Assembly: GCA_013694995.1 (NCBI GenBank)
Contig: JACDBH010000004.1
Location: 1 to 58,827, forward strand
Source: Candidatus Saccharimonadota bacterium
GTDB lineage: Bacteria; Patescibacteriota; Saccharimonadia; Saccharimonadales; JACDBH01
Direction: 5' to 3'
DNA: 58,827 nucleotides
Position numbers and translations under genes: made by a program. This document shows, piece after piece, positions 53,881-58,827 of this stretch (positions are counted from its first letter, which is position 1; each line of letters begins with the position of its first letter). The notes under the pieces are model-generated. The model was not told where the DNA came from and did no database searches. It worked only from the letters and a program-made list of their open reading frames with translations.

Positions 53881-54236
53881 GAGTTACGAACAGTATATAC
53901 AAGAATCATTATCGTCCCGATGATTATTGAGATATATATAATAGGCACCCATCCAATAGCTCCGAAGCCATCATTTGCATGGAAAGCTAGTAAAGAAATT
54001 AAAGATATCGCCCACACAATCAGAAGAAGTCGTGATCGAGTGAAGCCATATCTAAGATAAATAGAAATTAAGCTTCCGACTACGCCAACCGGGACTAGAT
54101 AAAGAAAATTAGTGAAAATGTCATTCATTACATAGTCGGGACTAAAGATTCCCCCTATAGAGAAGGCGATAATATATGAAAGAATTCCAGCAATTATCAG
54201 GAAAGGCCAAAAATATCTGTTAAATTTTGTCATCAA
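53874..54236 (-). CDS. Cassette 3: four-TM hypothetical membrane protein
   Basis: Hydrophobic 120-aa ORF. Its stop codon lies inside the R3 arm. Confidence 0.55.
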   Translation of the reverse strand: MMTKFNRYFWPFLIIAGILSYIIAFSIGGIFSPDYVMNDIFTNFLYLVPVGVVGSLISIYLRYGFTRSRLLLIVWAISLISLLAFHANDGFGAIGWVPIIYISIIIGTIMILVYTVRNSK

Positions 54237-54270
54237 GTTAATAGTAACAGAAAATAAAGTATAAGCGTCT

Positions 54271-54287
54271 TAGAGGGCTAGCGGGGA
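54271..54287 (-). repeat. att-like junction R4 (degenerate, longer core)
   Basis: tagagggctagcgggga versus the tRNA's tggagggccagcgggga, 15/17. Confidence 0.6.
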
Positions 54288-54346
54288 TGTTATGTTATAT
54301 CAACTAAAATTCAGATATTTAACTAAGTACACATCGAAAAAAACAA

Positions 54347-55255
54347 CTAGACGCGCTTCTCCGAATACACAATATCTAACCACTGAAAGTTGTTGATAAC
54401 CTGCTCCTCAATAAAGGCAGTTTCTTCTTGAGGTAAGGTCGACTGGCTTATCTGGGTCAAAAAACCTTCTTTTAAATAGTCTTTACTAATTCCGATGTTT
54501 TCGCTCCATAATTGTTCAGCTAGACGATAAAATCGAAGAATAGCTCCTTCGCGTGTCGCGCACACGGCTTTTAACGACTCCGGGGGCAATGTGTCTAATT
54601 TAGAACTGTAAGCCGCCCATTCGCCGTTCTCATTAAATTGTTTGGGTCCAAATAAATCTACAAAGTACACTTTTCCGTCTGCTTCGGCTACGACATTGGC
54701 AAGTTTCAAATCCAAACCATGTGGCAAAATGGTTACATCTTCGCCCGCCACCATGCCGCGACTTAACCCGGCTTCATCATATCCCGCTAATGTTTCAATA
54801 ACTCGCCGAATCATAAACCACTTTCGGAAGTTCGGGACATCGGGGTTAATGATCATTTTTTCACCATCTCCCCCTGGAATGAATTGATCATATGAGAATA
54901 TCTGTGTCTCGCCGTTAATCCTTGTCGGCGCGTGAAAGAAAGTCTCCGGTATATTCCAACCTTGTTTGATTAGCTCACCACGATATGGCATCAGCATACC
55001 ATCCAATAAGACAGCTTCACCTCCGTCTAAACCCTTTCCTGCAGCCATTCGCTTCCACAGCACCTTGAAATATTCTCCTCCAACTTCATATTCCATAACT
55101 GACACACGTGATTGTCTGCTCTCACTGATTCCTGCAGTGTCAATGAACTTAAACTCTACGAACTGCTCAAGCTGCCGATGTGCATCCAATTCCGCTGCGG
55201 TCGGCGTAAACCTATCACTATGTGACTGATAGAGTTCGTTATGATCAGTTGACAT
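54347..55255 (-). CDS. Cassette 4: hypothetical protein with weak protein-kinase-like motifs
   Basis: HGLDLKLAN (D-x4-N catalytic-loop-like) and VYFVDLFG (DFG-like). This is motif level only. Confidence 0.5.
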   Translation of the reverse strand: MSTDHNELYQSHSDRFTPTAAELDAHRQLEQFVEFKFIDTAGISESRQSRVSVMEYEVGGEYFKVLWKRMAAGKGLDGGEAVLLDGMLMPYRGELIKQGWNIPETFFHAPTRINGETQIFSYDQFIPGGDGEKMIINPDVPNFRKWFMIRRVIETLAGYDEAGLSRGMVAGEDVTILPHGLDLKLANVVAEADGKVYFVDLFGPKQFNENGEWAAYSSKLDTLPPESLKAVCATREGAILRFYRLAEQLWSENIGISKDYLKEGFLTQISQSTLPQEETAFIEEQVINNFQWLDIVYSEKRV

Positions 55256-55402
55256 GTTTATATTTTACTCCGTTTTCCTATTAGTACAGAAGGAGGAATA
55301 AAATTAAGCACTGTCAAAGGAAAACATTTACTGTCACAGGTTATTAATGCCCACAGGCACCCCTTTGGTATGTCCGGACTTCAAGTTCTTGCAAAACATG
55401 CC

Positions 55403-55440
55403 AAATAAAATGACCCATCTTAGGATGAGTCATTTTATTT
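55403..55440 (-). terminator. 12-bp hairpin beginning at the 3' end of tRNA-Lys(CUU)
   Basis: aaataaaatgac / gtcattttattt. Confidence 0.45.
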
Positions 55441-55516
55441 GGAGGGCCAGCGGGGACTTGAACCCCGGACACCCTGCTTAAGAGGCAGGTGCTCTAACCA
55501 GCTGAGCTACTGGCCC
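55440..55516 (-). tRNA. tRNA-Lys (anticodon CUU)
   Basis: 77-nt cloverleaf. Acceptor GGGCCAG/CUGGCCC, anticodon loop CUCUUAA, and the CCA is encoded. Confidence 0.93.
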
Positions 55517-55644
55517 TCGTCGGCGTGTGATGATGTGGTTTCTGCACTGCCGGCAAAACAAGTTTGACCGGACAGTGATAGAAACCTCATCAAGCCGCCT
55601 CCTCTCAAAATCCCAAACGTCCCGAGACGGGACTGGTTTGGTAT
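55517..55644 (-). ncRNA. Conserved structured tRNA leader, copy X
   Basis: Homolog of 603-734. It contains nested helices (ugaugagguuucu/agaaaccacauca; ccaaac/guuugg around gucccg-ucu-cgggac). Confidence 0.45.
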
Positions 55645-55676
55645 TTTTTTGATAGCTGCAATCGCTACAAAGGCAA

Positions 55677-55705
55677 ATTTTAGCAAATTACCTCTGTTTT
55701 TTCAA
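55677..55705 (-). promoter_or_regulatory. Sigma70-like promoter of leader X/tRNA-Lys(CUU)
   Basis: On the minus strand: TTGAAA (55700-55705), a 17-nt spacer, then TAAAAT (55677-55682). Confidence 0.5.
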
Positions 55706-55783
55706 GTATGTTAGTACGCTGAAGCTGCAAGAGTTCAATGTGCAGACCAGTCATATCTCTTTTACAAAATCAGTACTCAAAAA

Positions 55784-55813
55784 AATAACAGAGGTTATTA
55801 CACCCCTGTTATT
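55784..55813 (-). terminator. Rho-independent terminator of the CHRD-protein gene
   Basis: aataacagagg/cccctgttatt stem (one mismatch) followed by a U-run on the minus strand. Confidence 0.6.
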
Positions 55814-55827
55814 AATCGTCATGCCTT

Positions 55828-56592
55828 TTATTGGCGGTGAGCTGAGTGGCTTGTTGTTTTTGTGTTATGCATCTTAACTTGTACGTTCGTCTTACCCTTA
55901 CTACCAGTGATTGATATTTCACCACAGGCTACAGGCAGCAGCGGATCATATACAATGGCGCTGCTTCCACTAGGCGTATCAACACTCTCTGGGGCAAAAT
56001 CACCGTGCAGTACAATATGTTGCTTGTCCAACGCTTTTAGTTGCCTGTAGGCTTCTCTGTCAGCTGATTTACTCATATCAAAAGTATATGTCTGGCTGAG
56101 ATCAAAATCTCCATCAGAGCCAACACTTGGGAAATTACTTACGCTTGGACTACCAGCAAAAGGTGCAAATAGTACAGTATTAGGGGGTGTTCCAAAAGCG
56201 GTCTGTGGAGATGTAAGATTTAGTTTAATCGGGCCGTATGCAGGAGCGCCTTCAAATACTGATACAAAACCGTCGTTATTTGTATCGGCCGAATTAGCCG
56301 GGCACATCGCATCTGCACCTGTTAGTTTGCCGTGAATATGGGCAGGGTGGGGCATGCCAGGCTCTAAACCTTCAGCATGAATACTGACGCTTAGTTTTTT
56401 ACCATCAAACGTAAGCTGGGCTGTTCCGGTTACGTTTGAGTCATTCAATTCGCTTAATGTTGCTCGGTAATTAGTAAAATTACCTCGTTCCGTGGGCGAT
56501 GCTCCTACTCTTGTAGGGATTGCAGCAACCGCAAGTCCGCTTGTTGCCAGTAAACTTAAGCCAGTAAAGGCTGATAATATTGTTTTCTTCAT
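55828..56592 (-). CDS. Secreted CHRD-domain protein
   Basis: Signal peptide, then NVTGTAQLTFDGKKLSVSIHAEGLEPGMPHPAHIHG. Confidence 0.65.
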   Translation of the reverse strand: MKKTILSAFTGLSLLATSGLAVAAIPTRVGASPTERGNFTNYRATLSELNDSNVTGTAQLTFDGKKLSVSIHAEGLEPGMPHPAHIHGKLTGADAMCPANSADTNNDGFVSVFEGAPAYGPIKLNLTSPQTAFGTPPNTVLFAPFAGSPSVSNFPSVGSDGDFDLSQTYTFDMSKSADREAYRQLKALDKQHIVLHGDFAPESVDTPSGSSAIVYDPLLPVACGEISITGSKGKTNVQVKMHNTKTTSHSAHRQ

Positions 56593-56742
56593 AAACTACC
56601 TCCGTTATACCAGGCGTATTAATTGTTTGCCTGGCGAGGTGCTTATTGTGGGGGTAGCTAAAATATAATTCTGTAAGAAATAACACTTTATATTATTAAG
56701 TAAATAATAAACAGCAATTACAACATCGCTTAAGTACGACAC

Positions 56743-57555
56743 TTAGATTTTGTAATTTTTGCGAACGAAGTATAAAAACATTCTCTCGGGTAAAATTTTG
56801 CGTAGCAAAAGTAGCTGTGGCGCAGGTGATCCAACAGCGTATCTAATGCGATTTGATTTATCTGTGGCGGCCTTGACAATTACTCTTGCCACCACGCTTG
56901 GATCCTTGCCGTTCTGTCCTGCCCGTTGGGACACGGCATCGACTTTTTTGACAAATTTGTCATAGCCAAGCGAGTGCAGAGGCCTTATGTTATGCCTGCT
57001 TTGAGTATAAAATGCGGTCTTTATAACGCCAGGTTCAATAATTTTTATATTAACTCCATGCAAAGCGGCCTCGTAACTGAGTGATTCGGAAAAGCCCTCT
57101 ACAGCCCACTTTGTAGAGTGGTAGATACTATATAAAGGGAATGTAAGACGACCACCCATAGACGCCACCTGGATAATCGTGCCACTTTGGTTCGGCCTCA
57201 TGTGCCTTAATGCTGCCCGCGATACACGCATGAGACCAAAAACATTAGTGTCAAATTGCTTCTGGATAGCTTTATCATCCATGCTCTCAAACACGCCATC
57301 GAGTGCATAGCCGGCATTATTTACTACCACATTTATTTTGCCGAAATCTTTAACAGCATTTTTAAAAGCGTCTGTAATGCTACTGTCATCTGTAACATCA
57401 AGTTGGTACATACGGACAGAAGGCAAATGTGAAAAATCAAGCTTTGCTAACGAGCGTGCAGTAGCGGCTACGTTCCAGCCGGCCAGTGCAAACATTTCAA
57501 CAGTGGCTTTGCCAATCCCGCTTGAAGTCCCGGTTATTAGTACAGTTCTTTGCAT
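56743..57555 (-). CDS. Short-chain dehydrogenase/reductase
   Basis: TGTSSGIG, NNAG and YHSTK (YxxxK). Confidence 0.9.
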   Translation of the reverse strand: MQRTVLITGTSSGIGKATVEMFALAGWNVAATARSLAKLDFSHLPSVRMYQLDVTDDSSITDAFKNAVKDFGKINVVVNNAGYALDGVFESMDDKAIQKQFDTNVFGLMRVSRAALRHMRPNQSGTIIQVASMGGRLTFPLYSIYHSTKWAVEGFSESLSYEAALHGVNIKIIEPGVIKTAFYTQSRHNIRPLHSLGYDKFVKKVDAVSQRAGQNGKDPSVVARVIVKAATDKSNRIRYAVGSPAPQLLLLRKILPERMFLYFVRKNYKI

Positions 57556-57647
57556 GCACGAATTGTAGCAGCATACGATGCGACATGCAGAAAACGCATA
57601 TATTTAGTATGTAGAGCTATTAATAGTGAATTGTCTGGACCTTAATT

Positions 57648-57857
57648 CTAAGGGCGTTGGATATTGCAATCGAAGGCTGTAATATAGTCGATTGACTGGG
57701 TATTTTGGATGACGGTGTCATAGCAATCAGCTGGCAGTATAACTTGGCCGAAAGTTGCCGTCGCTGCCGATTCTACGGCGATTGATGGTGTCAGGATCTG
57801 CAATACGTTCAAATTCATAATGGTCATGACAATGGTGAGGAAAAGTATGCGTTTCAT
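57648..57857 (-). CDS. Small secreted Cys-containing protein
   Basis: Signal peptide MKRILFLTIVMTIMNL. Its start abuts the upstream gene's stop. Confidence 0.45.
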   Translation of the reverse strand: MKRILFLTIVMTIMNLNVLQILTPSIAVESAATATFGQVILPADCYDTVIQNTQSIDYITAFDCNIQRP

Positions 57858-58827
57858 CAGCTTGCCACTATCGTTAGTGTAAGACTTAAGCTGTAGGTGC
57901 CATTAACCTGCTCAGGCGGAATGCGCTGGGACAGGCCGACGCCGGTAAGATCCCAGGTGCAGTTTGTGCCGGCTGTTGCGCCGCCGGTCAGTAAAGTAAC
58001 AGAGTTAGTGGTGCCCTCCACATATGCAGTTGATGATCCTTTGGTTACACCGGTAGACGTACAGGGCGAAATTGGCGTCAAAGTTGATACGCTCGGGTTG
58101 ACTGTAAGTTGGCCGGCGATAGTGTCGGTATCTCCACCATCGCCGCAGCCAGCAGGTGCGCCACCACCATCATTAAAATCGTATGTGTTAGTGCCCGTAG
58201 TCCAGTTAGAGGTGGCTCCGCTGGTTGCCGCAATCGAAAGCGTCCAGGTCGCAGTGGTCGTATAATTAGTGACCCTGATTTTCTCTGAACTTATACCAAG
58301 CGTGCCGGTAGAAGTAAGGCAATTAAAACTAAAGGTGGCTGTCGTCATGCTTACCGAAGGGGACGTCACTGATGCTCCGCTCGAGTTAACAATATCAACG
58401 CTTAGTACCGGGTTAAAGGCCTTAAAAGCTGCTATCTGCCCGCGCCAGGCGCCACTAGCCGTGGTGGCCGATGTTGAATAAGTACCCGTTGATGTCACAA
58501 TCCTGTCAGCACCGCCGTATGTTGAACGTAAAGCAATTGCACCTACGTTAGCGAAATCATTGCGTTCAGTAAAACTATTTGTCCAAGTACTATAAGTGGT
58601 ATCTACATCAACGACTAGCCCTGCAATCAGCAGGCTGTTGGCGGTAGTAGTGGTGACATTTCCGGTTGCCGGTGATGTGCTCGTACCGGTCGATGAACCA
58701 GTCGCATCAAGAACGCTGGATGTAACTAGTCCGGAATACTCGTAAATATGGATACCCATACGAGTCGTGACGCTGGAAGTACAAGTGGTAGTCGTTTCGC
58801 CGCCGCCAGCCACTTTATAAAATATCG
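57857..58827 (-). CDS. Thr/Ser/Gly-rich surface-type protein, 5'-partial (runs off the window)
   Basis: The frame stays open to the window edge. The sequence is low-complexity and T/S-rich, with no anchor motif. Confidence 0.5.
   Translation of the reverse strand, partial: IFYKVAGGGETTTTCTSSVTTRMGIHIYEYSGLVTSSVLDATGSSTGTSTSPATGNVTTTTANSLLIAGLVVDVDTTYSTWTNSFTERNDFANVGAIALRSTYGGADRIVTSTGTYSTSATTASGAWRGQIAAFKAFNPVLSVDIVNSSGASVTSPSVSMTTATFSFNCLTSTGTLGISSEKIRVTNYTTTATWTLSIAATSGATSNWTTGTNTYDFNDGGGAPAGCGDGGDTDTIAGQLTVNPSVSTLTPISPCTSTGVTKGSSTAYVEGTTNSVTLLTGGATAGTNCTWDLTGVGLSQRIPPEQVNGTYSLSLTLTIVAS

Noticed and set aside
52399-55516. CRISPR array (regularly recurring short repeat)
   Set aside because: Spacing is irregular (425-1169 bp). 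The intervals contain full ORFs, the repeat is the tRNA-Lys 3' end, and no cas genes are present.

Overview
58.8-kb chromosomal segment. Gene content suggests a small-genome, Gram-positive-type Patescibacteria/CPR bacterium, probably Saccharibacteria-like. This placement is inference only. It rests on a secretin-less type IV pilus operon plus ComEC, sortase-type LANTG anchors, a short TsaB and many small ORFans. The genetic code is standard, with TGA used as stop in ATGA overlaps.

Core genes:
- comEC and yebC-ruvC-ruvA-ruvB
- a 9-kb minus-strand pilus cluster (pilB-pilC-pilA, three minor-pilin-like genes, pilM-pilN-pilO and a small gene)
- recA and recX, separated by two paralogous membrane-protein genes
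- tsaE-tsaB, rny-ymdB and a P1B-type ATPase
- an HTH-MurA fusion, glyA and murB
- folC-folA, mgtE, a GH3 glycosidase and eight tRNA genes, all on the minus strand

The most unusual content is tRNA-linked:
1. Downstream of tRNA-Lys(CUU), 52.3-55.5 kb, lies an array of single-gene units with no recombinase. Each unit is bounded by a copy of the tRNA 3' end plus shared junction sequence, which looks like CIME-like or integron-like accretion.
2. A family of ~100-nt structured repeats (hairpins with CCAGYGG and CUUG tops, stems covarying between copies) is embedded in truncated tRNA-Lys and tRNA-Arg copies, next to functional tRNAs at 0.1-0.6 kb and 33.8-34.3 kb.
3. A conserved, structured ~130-nt leader with its own promoter precedes a tRNA-Lys-type sequence at two loci.

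Other notable items:
- a RAYT/REP unit inserted between ruvC and ruvA
- a full-length MurA fused to an XRE HTH, with a perfect palindrome upstream
- a 55-aa ORF that is little more than a LANTG sorting signal
- a 1.6-kb ORFan islet abutting a second tRNA-Pro(UGG)
- several strongly signalled small ORFs missing from the 60-aa ORF track

No CRISPR array, rRNA, recognisable restriction-modification system or integrase was seen. All family assignments are motif-level readings of the translations. No database search was run.
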